Positions 33,191 through 45,944 of a stretch of DNA of 64,000 nt are shown here, one piece after another. Each line of letters opens with the position of its first letter. Positions within the stretch are counted from its first letter, which is position 1. The position numbers and the translations under genes were made by a program. This DNA is from Mizuhopecten yessoensis (Eukaryota), in NCBI RefSeq assembly GCF_002113885.1, contig NW_018406801.1, positions 13,241-77,240 on the forward strand, given 5' to 3'. Below the pieces are notes generated by a model. It was given only the letters and a program-made list of their open reading frames with translations. It had not been told where the DNA came from and made no database searches.

Positions 33191-35745
33191 TTAGATCATT
33201 ATTTTTAAGATTAATACTAGCGCAAGTGTCTCCTGGTCACAGGTCTGGAAGAGATTTAGCAGGGTCGCTGGGTTGGTGATCTCAACTCTCTCCTCAATAA
33301 ATCTCTCTATCAACAGTCGCTCCATGGCTTCACTGACTGTTTTGAGACAGAACAGGGCTTTGGAATATGCTTTTCCTTTCATAAAACTACCCAAGCAACC
33401 ACTTTTAACAAGACCAGATTCAATAAGGATTTCCGAGTAGCCTGATCCGCTGCATTTGTGATTTGTCATCATGCCCATGTACATGTAGTTCATCCCAGTA
33501 TGGAACGCGCCTGGTGTGACCACATGCATCTTGGAACTGCTCTGGGAATTTCCAAATGAGCGGGAGAGCTTTCATGCAGCCACCAAGATCAAAGGTGTTG
33601 AGGTCATACTCCTGACCAACTTCATGTGTAGCATCCTCTGACCGCCTCAGAAGCTCCTTGAGTGAAGGGGTGGTTTATAGGGGTAACATAGTCGATGTTG
33701 ATTTCTTAGTTGGTTTGGTGCCAGTGGCTGAGATGAAGCCACCAAACCCTGGCACAAGTTGATTCTCGCCACTCCATTGTTTACAGGGGGCGGAGTGAAT
33801 ACAGATCCTTCAGGAAATTTAGGACCAACCCGGCTATATATATGAACAGGAGCTAGAGTCTCAGGTGTATCCACCTTCAAGGAGCACAGTGGCGGATCCA
33901 GAGACCTATCTGGGGGGTTTCCATGTTGGAAAAAAATGAGGAAAATGGTGAAAATATATGATTTTTAAAGAAAATTCTCAGGGTGGGGGTGGGGGGTTCC
34001 TGAAGCCCAAAAAAACCTCTGGATCCGCCACTGCAGTTTATTATGATATAAGTAGCTGGGGAATGGGATCTCAGTTTATCTTTTTGNGGGGGGTGGGGGA
34101 TGGGTGGGGGGGGTTCCTGAAGCCCCAAAAAAACCTCTGGATCCGCCACTGGAGCGTGTCTTGTTTCTCTCGTAGAGGGGAAGTGCTCGATCTTGGTTAG
34201 TGGCATCAAAGTCAGGTTTACCTCCTGTATCATAATCCCCCGGTGCTATTTACCACGTTCGTTGTTATTTTGTTCATTGAGGAGGATGTGTTTCGGTAAC
34301 TTCCATTCGCCCTTGTTCACAGCTTGGCAGATGTCCTGTAATAGTACAGAAAACGATCACTATATATAACACAAAACAACCATAACCATGCTTACTATGG
34401 GGTTGACAAAACAAAAAAACAACACACGCACCAAGATGGGTATATATCATACCTGGTCAATAGAGAGCACAATACGTCTTATCTTCTCACTCTTCTCTGT
34501 GTCTGTATCTCTAGATATGAGGATACGCAGGAATTTCAAGAGGTCACGTGGGAGGAGTTCATCTGTTGACTTTACATCTAGATCATCAGCTGTCGGAGGC
34601 CACGGAAGTGACTTTGACTCTGTGAACGCCCGCTGGATAATGCTACGGAGGAGCTTGGCCAGGTCCTCGCACTGGTCATTGGATCCCAACTTATGAGCGT
34701 AGGCTACCGCATCTGCTACCGAGATGCTGGCACTGTAAGCCAATGTATATGTGATACACCTTTGTCTCCTGGAAGGACTTTAGCAAATGCAATCAACTCA
34801 TGAATCGCATGCCTTTCAAGTCGGGCCTTTAGCTTCTCACTTCTGTACTCCGGATTGGGGAAGCCATTTCTCTCCAACTCTTGAATGTAGAAAAGGCGTA
34901 GAGATGCAAGCTGTACGACTTCGTTCTGCCTTATCACTTGGTCTCCAATCGTATCAAGCACAGCATCAAATGCCTTCAGATGTGCAGTGAATGTACGATC
35001 CTGATCTGTATAAATAGCATGGTTCATATTTCTGGCTTCATCACGAATATGATTGATGTACTTTAACTTGAATGACTTGCGACATGATGGATGGAAGTTT
35101 GATTCCCTTGCAAACAGGTCTTCTCTTTGAACCATGCGATGTAGACGATGCAGATTTAGTTCTAAGGCTCGAGGTTCAATCTGTTTCCATGTAGGTTCCT
35201 TTATAATTATGTCTTTGTCCTTGAATACTGGGAACTTAATGCATCGTTCAGTCTTTCCAGAAGTTTTTATTTCAAGTTTTTCACAAAATATACGTTCTGG
35301 AGAGAACAGTTGACTACTCGCATAGTAGGCTGATGATCGTTTGCGAGGGGAGCGTGATGCTGATGCTTCTTCCGAGACGTGTGACGTAGATGCTTCAGAT
35401 GTGTTCGGTGGTACACTACACTGTAAACGATCCAGGTTTTTAGTAAAGTTTTGATAGCAGCCGCGATGGTAGCCGATTGAGTCTAAATCTGCATCAGCAA
35501 GACTTTCCGGAATGCGATTACAGACATCCTCCATGCGGTAGTGTGAATAATATGGCATCAAGAGACGCCGGTTACGAATGCCATGGAGCTGAGCTAGCTT
35601 TTCAATGACAGATCCCTTGATAGCACTGAATGATATAAATTCTAGATGCTGGATACCACTCGCGTGTTATATACATGTTACAGATGGACACTATAAAAAT
35701 TCGTTTGACCAACCACCATTATCAGTTTTTTTGTGACTTCGGCAT
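33191..35745 (-). pseudogene. Disrupted Academ-like transposase
   Basis: Frameshifted segments YHRGCYQNFT, FHPSCRK, LPWPPT, SIDQ|DICQAVNKGEWKLPKHILL, GIMIQEV, TFDLGGCMKALPLIW, PGAFHT and GSGYSEILIESGL..SG.LGS.MKGKAYSKALFCLK; stops, deletions and a MITE insertion. Confidence 0.75.
33887..34151. mobile_element. MITE with CAGTGGCGGATCCAGAG TIRs inserted in the Academ transposase
   Basis: TIR CAGTGGCGGATCCAGAG / CTCTGGATCCGCCACTG; the right end occurs twice (ending 34033 and 34151, with an N at 34087); flanks GAGCA/GAGCG; removing it rejoins ...RSLKVDTPETL. Confidence 0.75.
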
Positions 35746-36239
35746 AATATACATAAAACGACAAAAATGTTAGTATTACCTGTTAATCGATCCTCATGCA
35801 CTTACTATAAGCTACACATTTTTCTTTTCCCCCCTTATTTATGAACACAATTTGTTTAAATAACAGTCTGACCATAACAAGAACCATTTTAATCGCCTCC
35901 CAATGCCCAACTTACATAAAAAGTAGTCTCAGTTGTCTCTGTGTTATGTCTGGTTCAAAAATTATGCCAATTATTGATTTTCTAAGAAATCCAAGATGGC
36001 CGCCAATGGCCCCCATGGGACAATATTTCGCATTGGGAACATAAAATTTAATTTACTAGACACCCTGAGGAATACAAAAATGTAGGTTAAAAAAGTATAT
36101 CCTTGGGGTGCATGGGGACCCTACCTTTCTATTAGACTATAACGCACACAGCCGATTGCACCTTTAAAATAATTGGTAATAGAAACGATATATATTGTCC
36201 CAAAATTTCAATGCAGGGTTTCCGTAAATGCAGACTGCT

Positions 36240-36515
36240 TTTGTTTTGGTGGTCATCATGGTCTTGGAAAATGCTATTCCTTTGTGTCGTACGAAGGTCG
36301 GTGTTATTTTGTTTTGGTGGTCATCCTGATCTTGGGAGATGCTATTCCTTTGTGTCATACGAAGGTCGGTGTTATTTTGTTTTGGTGGTCATCCTGATCT
36401 TGGGAGATGCTATTCCTTTGTGTCATACGAAGGTCGGTGTTATTTTGTTTTGGTGGTCATCCTGATATTGGGAGATGCTATTCTTTTGTGTCGTACGAAG
36501 GTGGCTGTTATTTTG
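36240..36515. repeat. 68-bp tandem repeat, about 4 copies
   Basis: GTTTTGGTGGTCATCCTGATCTTGGGAGATGCTATTCCTTTGTGTCATACGAAGGTCGGTGTTATTTT. Confidence 0.93.
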
Positions 36516-37499
36516 CTGGTTAGTGTGGGTTATTAATTTTGTCGATGATGAAATGGCGATTAATGGATTTGGCTTTGATTTACGTGGCGGGCCTTGTCAT
36601 CACTTACCTTTCCAGAACAGCTGGTTTTCAAGGGTCTCCATGTAAATCTCTGCTCTGTTAATATTTTTACCTAGTTTGGTCAATTTTGAGATCGTTCGAA
36701 TTAAGGTTTTGTTGGCACTATGAACTTAAAAAATCTGACAATGTTGGATGTCAAGACTCCAATGGATACCTTGTAACCATCTGAGTGAAGTAAGATATAC
36801 AGAACAAAAAAATACGTTTATCTCACTACCTAAAGTTCATTGCGTATACTAAGTGGAAAAATGAAAAAAGATATAAGCATTGGTTCAAATAAGAAATGTG
36901 TCTATGTGGGTGTACCAAGTCGATCCGACCCTATTAACGCCTACATAATGAGGTTAACAGCGTCTGACTGATTTAATGATTACCCCGCTGATGGTGTGAT
37001 TGACCTTATTTAGTGTTCACATGCATATTGCCAAGTGTCGGGCTTAATTTGAATTCTAGTTTGAGGTGTACGATTTATTAGCGAGACAAACCACTATTTC
37101 AATAATGCCAGGCTACTATAAAAGCAAGTTTGTTACATGTATACGTATTCAAAATTAATGAGGCTACCCACTTCTGTTTAATTGATTTCCATACAATAGC
37201 CTCAAAAATGGGTTAGTTCCAACCAAATTAATGTCTGCTTTTGATTCTCCATCCTGTTGAACAGTATGTCTACACAAAAATGATCAATCGATATCACGTG
37301 TTATGCTAGCAGGGGATATGAATTGTACAGGAATTTGCTTAGTTTGATTTACCCCAAATTGAAGCAGGTGTTACTAAGGATTTTGGGGATCATGGAAACA
37401 AAAAATAAAAGCTAGCCTGGTCGTCATTTTGTTTGGAAGTTGTTCGAGGTATATGCTGTTATCTTTACCTGCATGGGCGTGGTGTTGGTTATGCATAAC

Positions 37500-37888
37500 A
37501 ATGACAATGAACCATGCAGATCACACTGCCTTATCTAGTTCCTTTCACACAAATGTAAGACGAACTTAAGACATACTAATGACAATGGACCATATATATC
37601 ACACTGCCTTATCTAGTTCCTGTCACACAAATGTAAGACGAACTTAAGACATTACAATGACAATGGACCATATATATCACACTGCCCTATCTAGTTCCTA
37701 TCACACAAATGTAAGACGAACTTAAGACATACGAATGACAATGGACCATATATATCACACTGCCTTATCTAGTTCCTGTCACACAAATGTAAGACGAACT
37801 TAAGACATAGCAATGACAATGGACCATATATATCACACTGCCTTATCTAGTTCCTATCACCCAAATGTAAGACGAACTTAAGACATAT
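37500..37888. repeat. 78-bp tandem repeat, 5 copies
   Basis: AATGACAATGGACCATATATATCACACTGCCTTATCTAGTTCC...GACGAACTTAAGACAT. Confidence 0.95.
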
Positions 37889-38054
37889 ACAAGTGATAAC
37901 ACCTTTAGGATTGGGTTGTAGATCTATACAGTATACAAAAAATACCTCGTCGGTGATTATAGGGGCCAAAAAGGTAGATATCTTTTACTGGTCTCAACTA
38001 CAGTTGAAACAGAACGGGAATCCGAATTCGAGAAAAACTGGTGGATTAAATTAA

Positions 38055-38524
38055 GGTAATAGGATTGTGTTGCCATTTCTCAGTAGAATTCCTTGAAATT
38101 TTGTAGTTATATTGCTTTGAAGTAAAGAAAATTTTCTGCCACAAACATTTTTTTCTTTAAAATTAACCATAGGAAATTAACACGCAATTGCTGTTTTACC
38201 AATTAACTTTACCCTACTTCTCGAAATATTTAAAACAATGTATTTAAGGTCATAGGAGTGTATTGCTTGATAGTCAGACCGCTGTTTTTAGTAGTGGTTC
38301 TGTTCACAATACACACATTTTACTTAAAACCCTACTTTTCGAAATACTTAAAACAATGTATTTAAGGTCATATGAGTGTATTGCTACACGGAAATAGGAA
38401 GTACATGCCTAGTTGACCTACAACCTAAAAAAAATTGTGGCAGAAAATTTTCTTTACTTCAAAGCAATGTAACTACAAAAATTGAAGAAATTCTACTGAG
38501 AAATGGCGACACAATCCTATTACC
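38055..38524. mobile_element. Kolobok-type MITE
   Basis: TTAA on both sides, GG...CC termini, about 100-bp TIR (GGTAATAGGATTGTGT..TTTCTGCCACAA), internal direct duplication of about 60 bp. Confidence 0.8.
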
Positions 38525-40137
38525 TTAAAATTAAGCAAATGACAATCATTAATAATGTAAGTTAAATTCTGAAAATTGGGTTAAAGTGTCCTAATTAGAA
38601 ATTTTAATCTTGGTTAACGTCTTTACTCAATGATGTTTTTAATGTATGTCAAATTTTTAAAAGTAGGTCACGGTAATCTATTTTATTTAAACAACAGTTC
38701 TAGGTTATTTTTTGAACCCAACTTTTGATAATGTAGGTGATAGAAGATCATAATGAACCTTGTCAATAATATATAATGATACTGTCAAACAACAAACCCA
38801 AGGTCACAACTCGAGGACAGAGGTTTTGTATTGTCGGTCGAGTTTAGATATATCAGTTAAGATCCTTCATTAGGTTTAATCCAAGCTATGATTTAAACCC
38901 AATATCAACATTTGTAACGCATCCTTCCATTTGGTTTCCTTTTAGATGGGGTCAATTTTCAACAGGTAAGTTAAAACATTTGAATTGTGTTCATTTTTCC
39001 ATGGCTTTCAAGTTGGATTACTGACTTCATTTCATACGGAGGTTTATTAGTTCACCGTTATCAAATCTTCAAGGTGCAATCCTTTGTTTGTGTCTTGCAT
39101 TCATCATAATAGAAACAAGGAGGTAGTTACGCGTTCATCATTCTTGATACAAACTGATTTAATGTGCTGGTAGATTTCTAAGTCCCCGAGGTTAGCCATA
39201 ATCTTGATGGCCACAGTTACCTCGTTTGAGTAATGGTACACTCCATAATATGCACACTTAACTCAATATTTAAGTGAAATCAACCAATACTCCTCCAAGT
39301 TTAAAAATCCTTGTTAAGAAATGTCTTTAGGCTTCATTCCTGTTTGTTGCCACAGAAGTTGAGACCAATAAGACCCTCCCCCCTCCCTTTTTTGCCCCTA
39401 GCGTCCCCGACGAGTCACGTCTGTATGATGCAGTGTAAATCACTTTTGATATACTGTATGTACTACCCATGTTTAAGGTATAGTCATTTGTGTTTGTCGC
39501 ACGTTCATCTTACACCGGGGGTTCTTCTGCCACTCAGTAAACAAGGTATTATACACGGTTCTTCTGCCACTCAGTAAACAAGGTATTATACACGGAGACT
39601 TTTGAAGCCGAGACGGAAGTTTCTTGGCGTGTTTGAATAAATCAATTTCTTAAACTAAACTGCTATTAGTACATCATCATCGAGCACTCTATATGTATGT
39701 TAGTGTATACGGACGACTGTGTGATTTGGCTCTAGATATGCGAGTTAAGCTTTGTGGTAACATTTATATTGTGTTTCTAAATATATTATTTATAGCACAA
39801 ATAGGGACCATTCGTGAAAAGCGTTATATAACACTGCACCTGTGTAGAACTTCGTAAGTAGTATTCTCGGAACTTAATGAGAACTAAACAACTATTAATG
39901 CATGGTTATATACACAAATGATAAAAACATACGTTTAACCAAAAAAGTGGATATATCTTTTTTTTCTTCTTTTTCGTTTTAAACAAGGGAGATAATTTGT
40001 GGGGCACAATTTGCATTTTTCGGAAAACATCTCGCATAAAGATGACCCGGCTGGTGGGCGTCTTTATGACCCGTCCTTCTGACTGCCTGTAGAATAAGAG
40101 TGCTATTTTGTGAAATGTTTCGATATGTTCTGATATA

Positions 40138-41766
40138 CACAAAGAAAACAGTTAAGCACCCCCTGGTATATTGAATTATAGTATGTTACCACACATTTCA
40201 ATTTAAATGAAAATATTGATTTTAACAAGACCATTGTTCCATTAAAAAGATGTGATCATACAGGTGTGACCGGTAATTAAGATATTGAGGTATTATGCAC
40301 GTGAACCATGCCTCCCATGCAATTTCCAAAATTCAGTATGCCCACGCTTCAAATTTGGGTATTAAAGTTCGGTGTTTTGAAAAATATATTCATTCTTTGT
40401 GAACATGGTACGAAGACGAATATCGGAGGCCCAAAGATGGCAAATTATCGGCATGCGGTCAACAGGGATGTCTTTTAAAGCTATTGGACGTCAGATGGGC
40501 TATCATTATACTGTAGTCAGCCGGCTTGTGAAAAAACCCATCATAACCAACACCGTCAAAGACTTGCCAAGATCCGGTAGACCACCCGTAACATCGCAGC
40601 GTGAAGACAAGGCGCTGGAACGCCTAGTTAGACGAATGCCATTTGCAACTAGTCCTGTTCTAAAAAGACAATGGTTACCTTATAAACGTTTATCAACCAG
40701 ACCAGTGAGGAACCGGTTGAAATCAGCAGGACTGAAGTCAAGGAGGGTAATTAGACGTCCAATGTTAACTGATCGACATCAAAGATTGCGTTTGGCATGG
40801 CGTTTAGCACGACGTGGTTGGAACTTGAGGACCTGGAGCAAGATCCATTGGTCGGACGAGAGCCGGTTTCTCCTGCATGTAACAGATGTACGAATGAGAG
40901 TATGGAGACAGAAAAATACAGCATATACCCCAAGGAACATCAAACCAACTGTCCCTTACGGTGGAGGCTCTCCTTACGGTGGAGGCTCTGTAATGGTATG
41001 GGGTGCATCTCTCATGATTGCAAGTTGAACTTGGTGACCATACGAGGAAACCTGAATGGTGATTAATATACCAGAGAAGTTCTTCAGCCAGTTGTTGTCC
41101 CCCATTTTGATAACCATCCGTTAGCTGCAAGGCCTGTGTTTATGGATGACAACGCCAGGCCGCATCGCTCAAGAGCGGTAACCGTCTACCTTCAAGGCGA
41201 AGCAGTGACTTCTCCTCCATGGCCAGCCATGAGCCCGGATTTGAATCCGATAGAGCATGTTTGGGACATGTTAGGCCGTCGTGTACAGGCAGTCGAACCT
41301 CCTGTATAAAACTTAGTTCAGTTGGAAGCAGCATTGCATCGAGAATGGCGACAGCTACCGCAGGAAATCCGACGACTGACTGGAGGGATGAGACGCAGGG
41401 TTTGCGGTCGTCATCCAAACACGTGGTGGTTGCACTCAATATTAAACTTTGAACCATGGATGTCGTTAAGTGACTTCAAATTGACGTTTTCTAAGTGAAA
41501 TGACAACCTTATCGGGCATTATGACCTAAGAAGGTCAATACCTAAAATGGACATGTTTTAGTGTAATAACTGGGCTTGTGCATTTTTGACAATCTATTCA
41601 TTAACTTATCATTGCTGTTGATATTTGTTGTTTTCCTTAAAGCTAATGTAATGTCCTAACAAGCTGCATTGTATTTTTGCGATTATTTGTTCTGTTATCT
41701 CATGACACTAATCGTATCATTTGTCATTTCAAAAAAACGTGGGGATGCTTAACCTTTTTCTTTGTG
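40138..41766 (+). mobile_element. Tc1/mariner (DD34E) transposon, full length, inactive
   Basis: TA TSD; TIR CACAAAGAAAACAGTTAAGCACCCCC vs reverse complement CACAAAGAAAAAGGTTAAGCATCCCC; 1629 bp. Confidence 0.93.
40405..41445 (+). pseudogene. Tc1 transposase pseudogene
   Basis: HTH region with RSGRP, then WSDESRF, FMDDNARPH and SPDLNPIEHVW (34 residues between the second catalytic D and E); frameshift near 41000, in-frame TAA at 41064 and about 41308, 18-bp duplication PYGGGS-PYGGGS. Confidence 0.92.
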
Positions 41767-43002
41767 TATAGCTGACTTTACCGACTCGGTGAATTTTGGT
41801 TTAGTGGATTGTTTTTAGCGGTTTAGAGCCGAGACACCAGTCATTTGCACTCTTTACATAGGAAAGGAAACATATATTTTCGAAAGCTCGCAAAATGAGT
41901 TTTCAATTACTGTTTGTATCAAAAACAAACTTAGCATTTACTTTGATTTTTTCCTTACAAGATGATAGATTGTAGTAGAAGTTACTGTCAGTTCATCCAC
42001 AAAATCCTCTCTGTCCTAATATCCCACCACAAATTCCTCTCCGGATAACTTGAGTTCTGACAGTCCAATTTCTTTTGACTCAATCAGCATTGAAGTAAAT
42101 TACCCTATAGTTATCACTTTGTCTGGCTTCCTGTCCATCCGTCCGTCCACAAAGTCTTAACTGGTTGATAACTGTAAGTTGATTAGGCGGTTTGTCACTT
42201 GTTCCTAATCTTGTAGGATGTTTAAAATAACCCAAAATTACGGATACCCACCCCGTAACAGAACAAATGGTGTAAAATATACACTATAGCGAAGCGATTT
42301 AATTTCCCCACATGGATATAACGGAAATTGCATTTTGCTAAATTTTACTTTTCGGCTTCGTTGACTATCAAATTTACCAATTTAAACACAACCGAAAGTT
42401 AATTTTTAAATCTTACCAATTTCAATTTCAATTGACTCAATTATCTTTTTTGCGTTTATTATGCACATGTCATTGTCCATTGACATTGCTAGCTGTTCTC
42501 ATGCGTGTAGTGATGCGTAGATTTCAGTTTATTACAATAACATTTCCACAGAAGAAAGTAAATTAAAGTCTGTAATTTTCGTTAATCCTATATTAAGATG
42601 TTAATAACGCCAACTATTTACTAACGGGGGAAAACTGTGCGTACACAAATAAAGTATACGAAGATATAATGAATTTGATAATAAAATTACGGAGTGCCTT
42701 TTCAGAGCTGTCAGTATTCAAGCTGTAATGTAAGTCGCGTGCCGATTTAAAGGTTACAATTATTTTTTTTTAAATTCTATATTTCATGCATTTTATATAT
42801 TTTTAATATATTATTGAATATTAATCAAGTCAATTGTAAGGCTGTGGGAACAAATCTTTGTATCATGACAAATAATTTGTCTGGGTTGTTCTCGCATAAC
42901 AGATTTTAATCTTTCGCCATTCAGCGGTTTAAGTTAATTTCTTAAGTAATGCTTTAACATGAAAGCTTGATAAAACAGAATTGCACAAGAACATTGTTTT
43001 TG

Positions 43003-43617
43003 AACAAGAGGCCCTGAGGGCCTGTATCACTCACCTGGATATCTAAGCAATCATGGGAAAATATTCTCTAAATGAGATCCAAGGGAATAAGCCAGACCCC
43101 AAGGCCAATTCTTGTAGCATATCTGTATTAGATTTTTCATGCCCAGCAATTTTATGTATGGTTATGGGGTGGGGATCAGAAACTAGGTCCCTAGGGTCGT
43201 GGTCAATTATAATATCATGACTGCATTCGCCTATTTATGCCCAACACTTGCATATTTAGTTTTGGGGTTAGCCCCACCATTTGAACAATTTTGAATCCCT
43301 GCCTCCCATGAATGCTTCCGACCAAATATGATCGATATCCATGGCATAGTTCTGCAGAAGAAGTCGTTTGTAACAATATAGCCAATTTGCCCCCTTTTGG
43401 CCCCGCCCCTCAGCCCTCTGGGGGTCAGCCCCATCATTTGTACAATTTTGAATCCCCACTATCTAGGAATGCTTACACTCAAATTCAGTTAAATTCCAAT
43501 CAGTGGTTCAGAAGAAGAAGTCATTTAAAGAAATTGTTGACGGACGGACGACGGACGGACGACGGACGCCACGGTATGGCATAAGCTCACCTTGGTCCTT
43601 CGGACCCGGTGAGCTAA
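43003..43617 (-). mobile_element. HINE (Helentron-associated/pearl-like element)
   Basis: Minus-strand start TTAGCTCACCGGGTCCGAAGGACC, (GTCC/GTCG)n microsatellite 43540-43568, end CAGGTGAGTGATACAGGCCCTCAGGGCCTCTTGTT with hairpin. Confidence 0.82.
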
Positions 43618-44040
43618 TAAGTTGTACAATTGTGACAACCGCTCGATGGAAAGAACTATAAAATAATTTTGAGAAAAATGTCTTTATGGTGGACATTTTT
43701 GTTTCAAAAAGTATTACTATTGGCGTAAATGCAACTCATCATAATATGTAGAAACGCATGTAATATCGAGTAAGATACCTTGCTACTATAAATGTGGCAC
43801 GGGACTGTAGGTCTATTGCTTTTAGGATTATATTTTAGCCTGACAAGCCAGCCTGTGATCAAGAACCCCACACATCAAACAAATACAAAACAATATCTCT
43901 TAAAAATGACATTTATTTCTCAAAATAATTTACAATATTTAAAAATTTAAAGAATATTAACATGAAATAGTTGAAAGCGAAAAGTAAATTTGATGATGTT
44001 AAAACCCATGAATTGTTAATAAAGAAAAATAATAATATCT

Positions 44041-44650
44041 ATACACGTAATGTTACCTTGTACAACATGTATACATTAAATGTTACATTGTACAACATGT
44101 AAACATGTAATGTTACCTTGTACACCATGTATACATGTAATATTACATTGTACACCATGTATACATGTGATGTTACCTTGTACAACATGTAAACATGTAA
44201 TGTTACATTGTACACCATGTATACATTAAATGTTACCTTGTACACCATGTAAACATGCAATGTTACCTTGTACACCATGTATACATTAAATGTTACATTG
44301 TACAACATATAAACATGTAATGTTACCTTGTACACCATGTATACATTAAATGTTACCTTGTACACCATGTATACATGTAATGTTACATTGTACACTATGT
44401 TAATATTAAATGTTACCTTGTACAACATGTATACATGTAATGTTACATTGTACACCATGTATACATGTAATGTTACCTTGTACACCATGTTAACATGTAG
44501 TGTTACATTGTACAACATGTAAACATGTAATGTTACCTTGAAAACCATGTAAACATGTAATGTTACATTGTACAACAGGTAAACATGCAATGTTACATTG
44601 TACAACATGTAAACATGCAATGTTACATTGTACACCATGTATACATGTCA
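44041..44650. repeat. 30-bp minisatellite, about 20 copies (possibly in the tolloid 3' UTR)
   Basis: TGTTACCTTGTACACCATGTATACATGTAA. Confidence 0.95.
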
Positions 44651-45788
44651 TATTTACTCTCACATCACATATAAATGCTAGAAACGTATTAAAAAGAAAC
44701 GTCCTGTATCATAGTTTTTACAGTATTATTAATGTCCATGGAATTGATAGTCACTGATGCTGATTTGCATGTTTACAGTACTAGGCAGTTTTTAACAAGT
44801 TTAAATAGCAATAAATGTATTGCTTCAGAAGGTTTATCAGCAACACCAACCTAGTACGGTTAATCCATCCAGATTGTGCCAGATGTTTTTGTATACGTAA
44901 TAATTATATCCATTGTATATCCTGTACAATATAAATAGAATATTTATCGGAGATCTTGTACACGTTGAATATGATTTAAAGTGGATGAAATATTATTTTG
45001 ACATTCCATTTTAATAACTAAAAAAAAATGTGTACAAAACCCCTTACAGTAGTGTTCACCGAGCTATGGTAGCGTCCGAATTGGCTTGGTGTTCACAGAG
45101 TACAGCATCCACTGCCAAACAAATAGGTAAACTATCGCGACATCACCACACTACAGAAACAAAACATTTGTTTGATTGCAAAAAGTTAAATCATGATCTA
45201 GATATAATATGATACAATAATTAATTTACATGAATATATGTTCCAGAAAATGTAGAGCTGACTCAATGATACAGCTAGTTTGATGTGCTACCCTTACACA
45301 CTATAGAACACAACCATTAATTAGATACCTAGAATATGTACAACTTAGAAACAACGGCACATTCAACAATACACGTTTTGATTATTGCATTTTTTTCTTT
45401 TCCATTTCTCCCTACGACACACACAATATACAGAAATATGTCTTCTTTAGCTCGCTTTATATGGAGGTAGAGAAGTGTTCCAGTGTTGGTGCTGAGCTAA
45501 CACAAATCCCTCAATTTCTCTCTTCATTTGATACACTTTCACCCACAATTCCACATCTTATTTATTGCTTTGGACCCTGCTCACATAATGACCTGTACAC
45601 GAGGCGTTCAGTAACCTGTGGACAATTTGACAGTGTAGACTTTTGAAGGACTGGCCAAACATCAGACAGAGCGATGGCTGAAGGAAGGTAGAGGGTGTGG
45701 GTGTCCCTTGTCTTAAACCTGCTGTGGACTGGCTCGGATCAGTTGGAACTCTACAGAATCCCTGGATAGAAAGGCGGGCTGGTCTAGA

Positions 45789-45944
45789 CTAGCGGAGATT
45801 GGGGAGCTGCTTCAGCCCTCCTAGTCCCTCCTGTTCTGGGCTGGTCTGGAGATATATTCCAGAGAACCCTTTCCAGTTGATGGTGTCGTCAGACTTGAAG
45901 CGAATCAGAAGGTACTCTCCTGACGAGATTATCTCAGAGGGAAC
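45789..45944 (-). CDS. TLL: Tolloid terminal coding exon, end of CUB5
   Basis: atgtag| [54 protein letters not shown]. Confidence 0.92.
   Translation of the reverse strand, partial: VPSEIISSGEYLLIRFKSDDTINWKGFSGIYLQTSPEQEGLGGLKQLPNLR

Larger units (their letters stand above)
31429..36139 (-). mobile_element. Academ-like DNA transposon, internally deleted, with two nested insertions
   Basis: Termini TAGTC...GACTA; 3-bp TSD TAA (31426-28 and 36140-42); about 240-bp imperfect TIRs (left TIR = 31429-31492 plus 33016-33180, split by a HINE; right TIR about 35900-36139); transposase relic on the - strand. Boundaries are seen directly; the Academ assignment rests on termini, TSD and recalled protein motifs. 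Confidence 0.78.

Noticed and set aside
39312-39762. Possible solo LTR (TGTTA...TAACA with internal AATAAA and a 38-bp duplication)
   Set aside because: No matching TSD (ATCCT vs TTTAT) and no PBS or PPT; cannot be supported without a family search.
44039-44757. 199-aa VYMVYKVTLH repeat ORF
   Set aside because: 30-bp minisatellite artefact.
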